A stretch of DNA of 63,489 nucleotides, the filler included, from Octopus bimaculoides (Eukaryota), in assembly GCF_001194135.2 (NCBI RefSeq). It is 4 parts of 3 records of this genome, joined end to end, with 100 filler letters (N's around TTAATTAATTAA, not from the genome) between each part and the next. Parts side by side here need not be neighbours in the genome. Positions count along the whole stretch, not along the records: positions 21,734 to 51,791 come from NC_068988.1; positions 51,892 to 60,101 come from NC_068992.1; positions 60,202 to 63,489 come from NC_068985.1; 1 more part is not named here. One strand, written 5' to 3'. The notes under the pieces were generated by a model. That model saw only the letters and a program-made list of their open reading frames with translations, ran no database searches and was not told the origin of the DNA. Numbering within the stretch: position 1 is the stretch's first letter; the number at the start of each line of letters is the position of its first letter. Positions 50,581-63,489 of this stretch are shown in pieces. Both the position numbers and the translations under genes were made by a program.

Positions 50581-50700
50581 TGCTGCTGTCCTTCATTATC
50601 TTAATAATTCTTAATATTGGCAGAGATTATTCTCATTATTAACATTATTAGTAATATTCTTATTATTGCTTTTATTAATATTTTCATTATTATTATTATT
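50270..50700. repeat. Compound trinucleotide microsatellite (TTA/GTT/TTC/TCA/CTG)
   Basis: Directly visible; explains the poly-N/K/L/I ORFs at 50270-50642. Confidence 0.95.
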
Positions 50701-53166
50701 ACGTTTATTTTCATTATTTAATCATTCTTTCGGGATAATTAACACAAGATGTCGATAGTATAAATTAATGCGCATCATTATACTGTATGGAATAACAGAG
50801 CCGATTTTCATTATTAAATCCACACAATGGAGTTAATTATAAACGTTTGATCTTCCACAATCATTAAATGCACAGATTATTAATTTGAAAGTCATATTGA
50901 GGGCCTCAATGTCATCGGTCGTTCGATCTTATTTTCAACATGCACTTTTCTATTTGCGCTATAAATTAAGATGAACTATTGATGAGATTTATATTATTTT
51001 TTCACCTTTATTGTTTCATTGTCCTTTTTTTCCTAAATTTTCTTTTCTTGTTTTTGTAAATCTTTCTGCATGAGGTCTCCTCACGCTAATATCTTCAAGT
51101 TGTAATGAAAATATTAGTATTGGCAAATGTAAGAGCATATCCCGCTGTGTCTTTTACTCAGTAATCTGTAGGAACATAAACCTTCGCAGCATGAATAGCG
51201 TAGTATATCAGAGTAGAGCAGACACGGTTGAAACTGCTTACAGGATATATTGATTGGTTTCCGGTTCCTCTCACATCTAAGCGCGTATGTATCTATATAT
51301 ATGTACATACACACACGCACACGCACACACACACACACACACACAAACACGCACACGCATTCACATGCACGCACAAACAGACACACACCTATGTACATGG
51401 ATATAAAAATGTATTTATGTTGATGCATGTATTCCAATATGCTTGTGTATATGAAAGGTTGTTTTGTATGTTTGCTTGTGTATATATATATACACACACA
51501 CAAACACACACATATGTATATATATATGTCCTCCTGGGGCTAAAAGCAACAGTAACATCCACCCCTAGGGGTCAGCCACACTTAAGTGGCAATATACTAC
51601 ACTTTATCGTGCAGTTACTGTTAATACTTCATTTAGAGAATTAACATTGCTTGTTTTCACCTTTTCGATATCAGTGAAGAATTTCACTGGAAAAGTAGAT
51701 ATAAGATTGCCAGGATTTTGTCTCTCTCACCAAGGGTCAGTGGCTATCGAACGCCGACGAAGGGAAATAACCCTGAAATCCGGATCCGTTCNNNNNNNNN
51801 NNNNNNNNNNNNNNNNNNNNNNNNNNNNNNNNNNNTTAATTAATTAANNNNNNNNNNNNNNNNNNNNNNNNNNNNNNNNNNNNNNNNNNNNATATGTATA
51901 TATATATATACATATACACATACACATATGTATTAATATATATAAGATATCTTAGGCATATATGCGTATGTATTCATTGTACAATGATATATACACTTTA
52001 TTTTATGTTACTTTGTTTTGTTGTTTTTTTCTTACCATTTCTTCATACATAAACTAATAGAGAGAGTTTTGTATGATATACATAGCAATATATATATATA
52101 TATATATTATGTACACGCATATATAGTTTTATATTCATATATATATATATATAATATTCCTTACTAAACACATGTTCTGAATTCCTGAGAGACATATATT
52201 GTGTATTAACGGACTTTCTATCACTTTCTATTAGTCTACATGTCCATCGGCGTGAAATGCGTTTGTGTATGTGTTTGTGTGTCTGTGTGCTTATGCGCAC
52301 TATTATATTGAAAGGATAGGCATATACCGGTACAGACACACCCACACATAAACACACACTTACACACACACACACACACACACACATACAGCACACGCAA
52401 ATCTTAAGTATTCTTCATACTTGTATAAACATATATAAGTACAGACACACACAAATATATATACATATATATATATATATACAGATATAGGGCACGGATT
52501 TGCCAATTAGTTAATAAAATTAATAATTAACAATTTTGCCATGTTGGTGAAGCAACTCATGCTGATCCCTATATGTTTATAATTGCATATATATATATAT
52601 ACGTGCGTGTGTGTGTGTGTGTGTGCGTGCGTGCGTGTATCATGCACAAAAGGAAGATATATATATATATATACTTCCATGCATATATATTTATGTGTGT
52701 GTGTGTGTGTGAGTGTGTGTGTGTGTGTTTGTGTTTGTGTGTTAGTGTGTGTAAAGGCTTTATATATATATGCATGTATAAAGTATATCACGTAAATGGA
52801 TCTCCGTCAGTGTGGTCGATGAATATTCCAATAATTTTATGAGACCCTCTGTACACTTATTGACTTATAGTCAATGAGCGTGTAATAATTTATAGACTCA
52901 TATGTACTCTTTAGATAACACCTTAGATAACACCCGGGTAGAGTTACCGTGACAACACATCAAGATTGGCTATTTCAATAAGAAATAATCTCCAACCGGA
53001 GTTTTTTGAAGAATTTGCTGTTGGAAGTGTTTTGAAATAAAAGTCGGACTTTGATCATTGTCCAAAATAAATTTATTTGCACATGATGCTGTGATGTAGG
53101 ATTGAACATGGAACCATCGTGATTGCATTGTGAATATATGTATATTACACATGGTTGTTTCTGAGT

Positions 53167-53216
<50 letters not shown>

Positions 53217-53626
53217 TCATTCTCTCTCTCTTTATCTATCTGTCTATCTGACTGTCCTTCTGTCTGCTTGCTCAACTTGTCATGTATGTATGTATGTATG
53301 TTTGCATGCATGTACGTATGTGTATGTGTGTATGTATGTATGTATGTATGTATATGTGTATGCATTTGTGTGCATCTTTGTGTTTGTATGAATGCATGTA
53401 TGCGTGTATATTTCTATAGTTCTACATACCCGTCTGTATGTCTGTCTGTCTGTCTGTCCGTCTGCCTGTCTGTCCGTCTGCCTGTCTGTCCGTCTGTCTG
53501 TCTGTCCGTCTGTCTGTCCGTCTGTCTGTCCGTCTGTCTGTCTGCCTCTCTCTCTTTCTCTATCTATCTATCTATCTATCTATCTATCAATGTATGTATG
53601 TATCTGTTTGTCTATTATCTGTCTGT

Positions 53627-53661
<35 letters not shown>

Positions 53662-54727
53662 ACTCTNNNNNNNNNNNNNNNNNNNNNNNNNNNNNNNNNN
53701 NNNNNNNNNNNNNNNNNNNNNNNNNNNNNNNNNNNNNNNNNNNNNNNNNNNNNNNNNNNNNNNNNNNNNNNNNNNNNNNNNNNNNNNNNNNNNNNNNNNN
53801 NNNNNNNNNNNNNNNNNNNNNNNNNNNNNNNNNNNNNNNNNNNNNNNNNNNNNNNNNNNNNNNNNNNNNNNNNNNNNNNNNNNNNNNNNNNNNNNNNNNN
53901 NNNNNNNNNNNNNNNNNNNNNNNNNNNNNNNNNNNNNNNNNNNNNNNNNNNNNNNNNNNNNNNNNNNNNNNNNNNNNNNNNNNNNNNNNNNNNNNNNNNN
54001 NNNNNNNNNNNNNNNNNNNNNNNNNNNNNNNNNNNNNNNNNNNNNNNNNNNNNNNNNNNNNNNNNNNNNNNNNNNNNNNNNNNNNNNNNNNNNNNNNNNN
54101 NNNNNNNNNNNNNNNNNNNNNNNNNNNNNNNNNNNNNNNNNNNNNNNNNNNNNNNNNNNNNNNNNNNNNNNNNNNNNNNNNNNNNNNNNNNNNNNNNNNN
54201 NNNNNNNNNNNNNNNNNNNNNNNNNNNNNNNNNNNNNNNNNNNNNNNNNNNNNNNNNNNNNNNNNNNNNNNNNNNNNNNNNNNNNNNNNNNNNNNNNNNN
54301 NNNNNNNNNNNNNNNNNNNNNNNNNNNNNNNNNNNNNNNNNNNNNNNNNNNNNNNNNNNNNNNNNNNNNNNNNNNNNNNNNNNNNNNNNNNNNNNNNNNN
54401 NNNNNNNNNGCAAACAACAAACTGGACAAGAATGGGCGTGTACGTGTACACATACATACATATATACAATCATACATACATATATACATTTGGTAATCAT
54501 GACACAGAGAGAATTTTATTGCAACTGTATCTATATGTATGTCGTTTCTCTCTATATAGGTGTTTATATATTTGGGTATATATCCATACATATATATATA
54601 AACATGCTTGTTTGTATGCATATGTGTATAATCATATTCAGACATATGCTTATTATGTATGTGTATATATGTATCTGCGTGTATGTATGTACGTGTATAA
54701 ATTTATATATCTGCATAACTCTGTGTG

Positions 54728-54770
<43 letters not shown>

Positions 54771-55055
54771 GTCTGTCCATCTGTATATAAATGTATGTAT
54801 TTATAACTATACATGCATACGTGTGTGTGTGTCTATGTATACATGCCTATGTTCATATATATAGATATACATACATACGTATGTGTGTGAGTGTGTATAT
54901 TTGTTTTCCCCCACCATCGCTGGACAGCTGGTGTTAACGTGTTTACAACGCCGCAAGATAGCGGTTCGGCAAAAGTAAACAACAGAATAAGTCTCAGGCT
55001 TACAAAGAAAAAAATAAATACGGGCTGTAGTCCAATGACTAAAACAAGTAAAAGA

Positions 55056-55114
<59 letters not shown>

Positions 55115-57208
55115 NNNNNNNNNNNNNNNNNNNNNNNNNNNNNNNNNNNNNNNNNNNNNNNNNNNNNNNNNNNNNNNNNNNNNNNNNNNNNNNNNNNNNN
55201 NNNNNNNNNNNNNNNNNNNNNNNNNNNNNNNNNNNNNNNNNNNNNNNNNNNNNNNNNNNNNNNNNNNNNNNNNNNNNNNNNNNNNNNNNNNNNNNNNNNN
55301 NNNNNNNNNNNNNNNNNNNNNNNNNNNNNNNNNNNNNNNNNNNNNNNNNNNNNNNNNNNNNNNNNNNNNNNNNNNNNNNNNNNNNNNNNNNNNNNNNNNN
55401 NNNNNNNNNNNNNNNNNNNNNNNNNNNNNNNNNNNNNNNNNNNNNNNNNNNNNNNNNNNNNNNNNNNNNNNNNNNNNNNNNNNNNNNNNNNNNNNNNNNN
55501 NNNNNNNNNNNNNNNNNNNNNNNNNNNNNNNNNNNNNNNNNNNNNNNNNNNNNNNNNNNNNNNNNNNNNNNNNNNNNNNNNNNNNNNNNNNNNNNNNNNN
55601 NNNNNNNNNNNNNNNNNNNNNNNNNNNNNNNNNNNNNNNNNNNNNNNNNNNNNNNNNNNNNNNNNNNNNNNNNNNNNNNNNNNNNNNNNNNNNNNNNNNN
55701 NNNNNNNNNNNNNNNNNNNNNNNNNNNNNNNNNNNNNNNNNNNNNNNNNNNNNNNNNNNNNNNNNNNNNNNNNNNNNNNNNNNNNNNNNNNNNNNNNNNN
55801 NNNNNNNNNNNNNNNNNNNNNNNNNNNNNNNNNNNNNNNNNNNNNNNNNNNNNNNNNNNNNNNNNNNNNNNNNNNNNNNNNNNNNNNNNNNNNNNNNNNN
55901 NNNNNTATATATATATATATATATATATGTCACTTGTGAATATATGCATATTAAATATGTTTTTGCGTGAATATGCATGCCGGAGTGTAAGGTAGTGTGA
56001 ATAAGAAAGGGCTAGGAAGCGACAGAATGTGGGCAAGTGCGTGTTTTTTTCCTTTATCTGTGTGTGTGTCTGTGTGTGTGTATACTCCGTCGTTGACTTT
56101 CACATTATTGACATGAGATAACTAAGTATAAACTGTAAGTTTCTGCCCCTCTTTTATAGGCATATAGATAAATTTCAGTTCTAATGACTAGGTAAAAGTC
56201 ACTGCTCCGTGTGTTTGTTTATCGCATTTTTTTTTTTTTTTCTGTAGTCAACTTATGACAACATTTATATCTGTTTATACCAGAAAGAAAGAAAAAATCA
56301 TGTCTCTGTGTCTGTGCATAAATCTTTGTTTCCACAACTGTTTATTAAGTTGATTTCGCAGAATCAGCAAAGTAGTAGGGCTTAGGACAAAATACTTAGC
56401 GCTATTTTATTACGAAACCGAAAAGCGTTCAAATCTCAGACTTGGTGAATCATCCTTTAAGAATCGATAGTTTAAGGATCAATCATGTTTGGATTCGTTA
56501 AAATCTACTTTCATCCTTTCTCGAAATAAAAACAATCTTCCATTAGCAGGCAGCCCGGACAAATCAACGCGCTGGACCCTATAGACTTTATTTACAGTCA
56601 ATAAGCTATAGCATAGGGACCCTAGAAATAAGGCTCCTTGAAATAAGGCCCCTATATCTGTAGGTTTTGCAGTGCAAGTGCCCGGTGTACCGATGCCCAA
56701 GGCAGCACTGCCCATTAGCAGAATATTTAGTGTCGGACAAAACTCTAAGTTAGAGCTTCGTTCTTTCGATTTCTGCGTTCAAATCCCGCCGAAGTCAAAA
56801 GGAGTCTTTTATCTTTCTTGGGACGATGAAATAAAGTACCAGTTAAATACTGCGTCAATCTCATTGACTATATCCCATTTCCAGAATTTAAGGGGGTTTT
56901 TTTTTGTCATTTTGCGCGTATGTAAGCAACCTTGTGGTGCCGATCGAAAGCTATTCTGCTTTAATCTTACTTTTGTTCATTGTATGTAAATATGTTTACA
57001 TATGCACACATGTGCGTGTGTGTGTGTGTGTGTTAGGTTGATTGTATCTGCGCATGTGTGAGCGTGTGTGTTAGTGTGTGTGTGTGTGTTTATTGTTGTA
57101 TGTATATCGATATTTGTGTACATGATGCATGGATGCATATTTATGTTTCACACCTCTGCATGAACCTGCCTCTACCTGTCTATCTGTTGATCTGTCCGTC
57201 TGTCTGTG

Positions 57209-57260
<52 letters not shown>

Positions 57261-57422
57261 ATCCCCGCTTTATATATATATATATACTCTGGTTATTATT
57301 ATTTTCTTGTCTACGTTTTGTTTGCAATGCCCTGTACCCAGATATGCACCTATATATACAGGTAGACGTAGGTATGCACATACCTGTACGTATATATGCA
57401 TATACTCATTTATTATTTGTTT

Positions 57423-57535
<113 letters not shown>

Positions 57536-57976
57536 GGATATATGCATATATGCATGTATATGTGCGTGTCTCTTTGTATATGAGTGTGTGCATGTGTTTA
57601 AGCGTATGTTTTGGTGTGCGTGTTTGTACGAGTATGTATGTGTCTGTTAGTGTGTGTATCTGTGTGTATTTTGATGTAAATTAATGTTTATGTTCATGCT
57701 TTACGCCTATGAAGCTATTTAATCGTAGCTGGCCATCACCTGTGTCGGCTTCAAACGTGGACGCACCGACAGGTGAACGAGAGTGCCCTTGGGGCAAGGG
57801 TGCGACAATACTAAACGAGCGTAGCCGTGGTTTGATCTCAGTAAATAAATGCTTAAAGCCCCAAACGTACCACTACTTCAGTTAAGAGCCTACAATTCAG
57901 TTAAAGCGGCCCAGTTTCTCAATGTCATGTCATTAATCTGAATATGTGTGTATGTGTGTATGTGTGTGCGTGTTTT

Positions 57977-58052
<76 letters not shown>

Positions 58053-58143
58053 CTGCGCAAGTATGTGATTGACTATATATCTGTGCGCTTGTGTGCGACA
58101 CACATAGATACATACTTGTACACAAATACACATGCACAGACAT

Positions 58144-58188
<45 letters not shown>

Positions 58189-58283
58189 ACAAACACACAC
58201 ACACATACTCACACGCACACTGACATTTTTAATACGACTAAGTGTTTTCTCGCGTATACATACATACATACATACATACGTTG

Positions 58284-58658
58284 AGGCGCAATGGCCCAGT
58301 GGTTAGGGCAGCGGACTCGCGGTCGTAGGATTACTATTTCGATTCCCAGACTGGGCGTTGTGATTGTTTATTCAGCGAAAACACCTGAAGCTCCACGAGG
58401 CTCCGGCAGGGGATGGTGTCGAACCCTGCTGTACTCTTTCACCACAACTTTCTCTCACTCTTTCTTCCTGTTTCTGTTGTGCCTGTAATTCAAAAGGTCA
58501 GCCTTGTCACACTGTGTCACGCTGAATCTCCTTGAGAGCTACGCTAAGGGTACACATGTCTGTGGAGTGCTCAGCCACCTGCACGTTAATTTCATGTGCA
58601 GGGTATTCCGTTGATCGGATCAACTGGAACGCGCTTCGTCGTAGCCAACGGAGTGCCA
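58284..58658 (+). mobile_element. Near full-length tRNA-derived SINE
   Basis: Head GGCGCAATGGCCCAGTGGTTAGGGCAGCGGACTC...TTTCGATTCCC with A/B boxes, ~370-bp body, flanked by microsatellites. Confidence 0.8.
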
Positions 58659-58708
58659 TGGCATACATATACACGTAAACACAAATTTCTCTCTCTCTCT
58701 CTCTCTCG

Positions 58709-58768
<60 letters not shown>

Positions 58769-58852
58769 AAGAGTGAGAGAGAGAGAGAGAGATGTGTGTG
58801 TGTGTGCATGCCCCTCCTTCTTTTCTTTCTTTTTTCTTTCTCTTTCCTCTTC

Positions 58853-58894
<42 letters not shown>

Positions 58895-59175
58895 ATCCCT
58901 CTCCATTTATATTAGAGTATTGTTTACATATGTCTATACAAATTTTGTGTGTCTGAGTATATCTGTGTGTGCATCTGTCTGTGTGTCTATGTGTAATATA
59001 TTCTGTATGTGTGTGTGTGTGTGTGTCTGTGTGTGTGTGTGTGTGTGTGTGCCTGTGCGTCTATGGCTCAAGTATATTGCATGCAGTTTGGCGCTCATTT
59101 CCATTAGACTGCATGCACACGTGTGTATAATTGTACCACTGACCATATATAAGTATATTGTCTTGAATGTTTGTG

Positions 59176-59325
59176 GGTGTGTGGTAAGAAGCTTGCTTCC
59201 CAACCACATGGTTCCGGGTTCAGCCCCTCTGTGTGGCACCTCGGGCAAGTCTCCTCTACTATAGATTCGAGGCGACTAAAGCCTTGTGAGTGAGTTTAGT
59301 AGACAGGAACTAAAGCCCGTCGTAT
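59176..59325 (+). mobile_element. SINE family gtggtaagaagcttgcttcccaaccacatggttccgggttca...aagccttgtgagtggattt
   Basis: Related copies at ~8835-8890(+), 21270-21428(-), 45198-45350(+), 60565-60720(+); tRNA-like head. Confidence 0.78.
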
Positions 59326-59327
59326 AT

Positions 59328-59376
<49 letters not shown>

Positions 59377-59504
59377 TATATATTTATTTATATACATATA
59401 CATGTGCATTTGTTTGTGCATATGTGTCTGTGTTTACAAACGTGTTAAGGTGCGTATATGTGTGTTCGATTGTATGCAAGTGTGTATAGTTTCAATGTGA
59501 TATA

Positions 59505-59746
59505 CAATGATCCCTCGACTATCGCTAGTGTTACGGTCCAAAAGCAGTACTGTACGGTCCAAAAACAGTACTGTACTGTATATTTCTTCTTAATTATTTT
59601 TTTAAAAACTGTACATTTTTTTTACATTTTAAATGTAAAACAACACCACAGAGGAATCAACGTAAGCTTAAATAATAAACCGTGATAGTGTGAACCGCGA
59701 TAGATGAACCGCGATAGATGAACCGCAATATGGCGAGGTATTACTG
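59505..59746. mobile_element. pogo/Tigger-type MITE
   Basis: TA|CAATGATCCCTCG ... CGAGGTATTACTG|TA imperfect TIRs with internal gaaccgcgata repeats. Confidence 0.68.
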
Positions 59747-59877
59747 TAGTTATGCGCGTGTAACAGCTGAGAGAACCTCCATGTGCATGTGACTTCCATA
59801 TGTATGTGTATATTCTGCTTACATCTTACTGAGAATGTGTGTATATATATATACTTACCACACAGCCACGTTAAGCC

Positions 59878-59908
<31 letters not shown>

Positions 59909-60873
59909 AGGTAACAATTTTAATATGAAAGATCCCTATGGATCACACAGGTTGTAATCCTTTGAAACATATGTAGGAATAAACTTCAAGGAGTTCCTGC
60001 CTTAAAAACAGGAGCTAACCACAGTTATTTTGTGTTCTTTGCTACATTGGTTTCTATTAACCCATTTATTCTATCAGAAGAATTTTTATTCATTAAGATA
60101 GNNNNNNNNNNNNNNNNNNNNNNNNNNNNNNNNNNNNNNNNNNNNTTAATTAATTAANNNNNNNNNNNNNNNNNNNNNNNNNNNNNNNNNNNNNNNNNNN
60201 NTATATATACACACATAGATACATAGATACATGTATATATAAATAAATAAATATATATATGTTCTTTGATTTTTTTTATTTGTTTCAGTCATTTGACTGC
60301 GGTCATGCTGGAGCACCACATGTAGTCGAACTCAGTCGCGCCCAGGACTTATTCTTTGTAAGCCCAGTACTTGTTCCATCGGCATCTTTTGCCGCACCGC
60401 TAAATTACGGGGACGTAAACACACCAACATCGGTTCAGTGATGGTGTGGGGGTCACAAATACAGACACGCAAATACATACATACATATATATTTATAGGT
60501 ATATACATATATATTATATATATACATACATACACACACACACACAGACGCACATATCAGTATAGGCGCACGCTTGGTTGTGTGGTAAATTGTTTGCTTT
60601 CCAGCTACACATTTCTGTGTTCACTCCGACTGTGTAGCACCTTGGGTTTGTGTCTTCTAGCATAGCCCCGGGCCGACCAAAGCCTTGTGAGCGGATTTAG
60701 TAGAGGGAAACCGAAAAGAATTACACTGACAAAGGAATAAAGAGTTGTTTCGTACTTCATTAGCCTACTGCTGTTTCTGCTATACGATGCAATGCACTCA
60801 GAACTGAGTGCTTGAGTTTTCCTCTATAGCTTCATCGGAGCTTCAAACATAGAATAACTATACATACATACAT

Positions 60874-60928
<55 letters not shown>

Positions 60929-61443
60929 NNNNNNNNNNNNNNNNNNNNNNNNNNNNNNNNNNNNNNNNNNNNNNNNNNNNNNNNNNNNNNNNNNNNNNNN
61001 NNNNNNNNNNNNNNNNNNNNNNNNNNNNNNNNNNNNNNNNNNNNNNNNNNNNNNNNNNNNNNNNNNNNNNNNNNNNNNNNNNNNNNNNNNNNNNNNNNNN
61101 NNNNNNNNNNNNNNNNNNNNNNNNNNNNNNNNNNNNNNNNNNNNNNNNNNNNNNNNNNNNNNNNNNNNNNNNNNNNNNNNNNNNNNNNNNNNNNNNNNNN
61201 NNNNNNNNNNNNNNNNNNNNNNNNNNNNNNNNNNNNNNNNNNNNNNNNNNNNNNNNNNNNNNNNNNNNNNNNNNNNNNNNNNNNNNNNNNNNNNNNNNNN
61301 NNNNNNNNNNNNNNNNNNNNNNNNNNNNNNNNNNNNNNNNNNNNNNNNNNNNNNNNNNNNNNNNNNNNNNNNNNNNNNNNNNNNNNNNNNNNNNNNNNNN
61401 NNNNNNNNNNNNNNNNNNNNNNNNNNNNNNNNNNNNNNNNNNN

Positions 61444-61490
<47 letters not shown>

Positions 61491-62759
61491 GATATAAATA
61501 CACACAAAAATACCCTGTTGATGTTGAAATTCCAATAAAAGAGCCTTGGATTTTGGTTAGAAACCGGTTCTTTCTCTATTGGCAAGAAATCTTGAAATAA
61601 AACTGAAGAATGATACACGTACGCACACACACACACACACAGATACATACACATACATATATACATACATACATTCATACATACATACATGCATACATAC
61701 AAAAATACCCTGTTGATGTTGAAATTTCAATGAAGGTGTCTTAGATCTAGGTTAGAAACCGGCTCCTTTTGTATTGGCAAGATATCTTGAAATTAAACCG
61801 GATAATCGTTTCTACGCTAGGCACAAGACTCGAAATAAGTACTAGGCTTACAAAGAATAAGTCCTGGGGTCGATTTGTTCGACTAAAGGCGGTGCTCCAG
61901 CATGGCCGCAGTCAAATGACTGAAACAAGTAAAAGAGAAATAAAAGAGTAAAAGAGGCCGGGCGAAATGCTTAGCGGTATTTCGTCTGTCTTTACGTTCT
62001 GAGTTCAAATTCCTCATGAGAATGAGGAATTCCAGAAGGAGTTTCGTAAGACCCCAGCGGAGACACTTCGGAAAAAAAAAGTTTCAGTAACCGTTGGAAA
62101 ACCGATTGTAGCAGTTACTCGAACAATTCCTAGCGATATCTGAAGAAAGAATTTTCCTTTTCTGATATATTATTATTATATCAGACTATGGATACTTAAA
62201 TTATAACAGCTATTATAGTCCATTGTTGTTATTATAGAGCATTATTGTGCCGTTCATGATGCACTATATTTTACAATGAATAGCTTTTTTACGGGTCAGA
62301 ATATGCCTCAATCGTATTGGAACTGGTGAAATGTTGGTATTTATGGACATCACAGCTAAGTGCTGTCACCTTCAATTCTAATACAATATTAATTTGATTA
62401 TTTATAGAATTTATAACATTTTTACGAGTATCTGAACAGATGTAACCTTAAAATCACTGCAAAAGTACCACTGGATGCTACTTACGACTTTAAAATGACG
62501 TCTCATGCTTTTCAAATTGTGCCAAAATAATCAAGCAAGAACGATTTCCATAAGATATGAAATATATTCTTTTCTACTCTAGGCACAAGGCGTGCTAACG
62601 TTTCTGGGGAGTGGGGCCAGTCGATTAGTATGCAACTGGTACTTAATTTATCGACCCCGGAGGATGAAAGGCAAAGTCGACCTCGGTGGAATTTGAACCC
62701 AGAACGTAAAAACAGACGAAATATTGCTAAGCATTTCGCCCGACGAAGGTTTAGAGATG

Positions 62760-63194
62760 TGGGGGCGCCATGATCTCTAACACAAACCAAGGATCCCCAA
62801 AATTTCCAAAACCATTTCCGGCATATCTGGTTTTATATCAGAGTGACCTTCTCCTAGAGACATGCTTCAACAGAAGCTGAGGAGTGCCTCACTCACAGTG
62901 GTCTTCTAGCACGCTGGACACTACCCCGGAATTTCTGCGTACCCGTGCTATTGCTAGATAGCCGTTGAGCCTGCACTAGGTTCATCCGAAATTTTCAACA
63001 GGTCTNNNNNNNNNNATAGCCGTTGAGCCTGCACTAGGTTCATCCGAAATTTTCAACAGGTCTTTAGCAACCCTCCTCATCAGGGTAGCCTCGTGGGGGT
63101 GCCGGTTTAGTGGCCGACAACCCGACCATGCAACAGGTTGTACTGGATTCCATGTTACCAGTAGCACGTATGAAGGCCTCATAAGTGACCTGAC
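62760..63194 (-). mobile_element. Probable 5' UTR/start of an RTE-type LINE
   Basis: GC-rich structured leader starting directly after (ATGT)n on the minus strand. Assignment is from resemblance to RTE leaders; no RT sequence retained. Confidence 0.45.
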
Positions 63195-63489
63195 ATACAT
63201 ACATACATACATACATACATACATACATACATTACACAAATATACACGCATACGTGTCTGTGTTGAGAATCAACATGGATTTTTGCCGTCTCGCTATAAT
63301 TAATCGTTTGGAATAAGATAGTGACTTCGAAAGACATTCTCTGGTAATACGTTTCATTAAAGTAGCGTAAGTCATAAAACTATAAAGTATTATTGTTATT
63401 ATCTTATAAACACACAACCGTCGACAAATACGTATGCATGTGTGTCCTTATACATAAATACATACATACATATATATGTATATATATAT

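Noticed and set aside
62958-63064. Direct duplication atagccgttgagcctgcac...caacaggtct either side of a 10-N gap
   Set aside because: Typical unmerged contig overlap.

Overview
Eukaryotic, AT-rich, microsatellite-saturated genomic DNA with many N gaps. The SINE/MITE repertoire looks like an octopus/coleoid cephalopod assembly (inferred, not verified). Almost all long ORFs in the supplied track are microsatellite or N artefacts. The real coding content is a minus-strand multi-exon gene rebuilt by hand from six phase-1 exons (20528->13751). It encodes a Ca-binding EGF module followed by three chitin-binding type-2 (CBM14/peritrophin-A) modules, each with an unusual N-terminal C-x-N-x-T-x-C-x2-C extension; its 5' end was not found with certainty. 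A second minus-strand gene starts at ~8027 with a signal-peptide exon. The rest is transposon debris: Penelope-like retroelement (PLE) tails with hammerhead ribozymes (three hammerheads, one behind a tRNA-like Pol III cassette), Helitron, Tc1/mariner, piggyBac and pogo MITEs, RTE and RLE-type LINE fragments, and several tRNA-derived SINE families.
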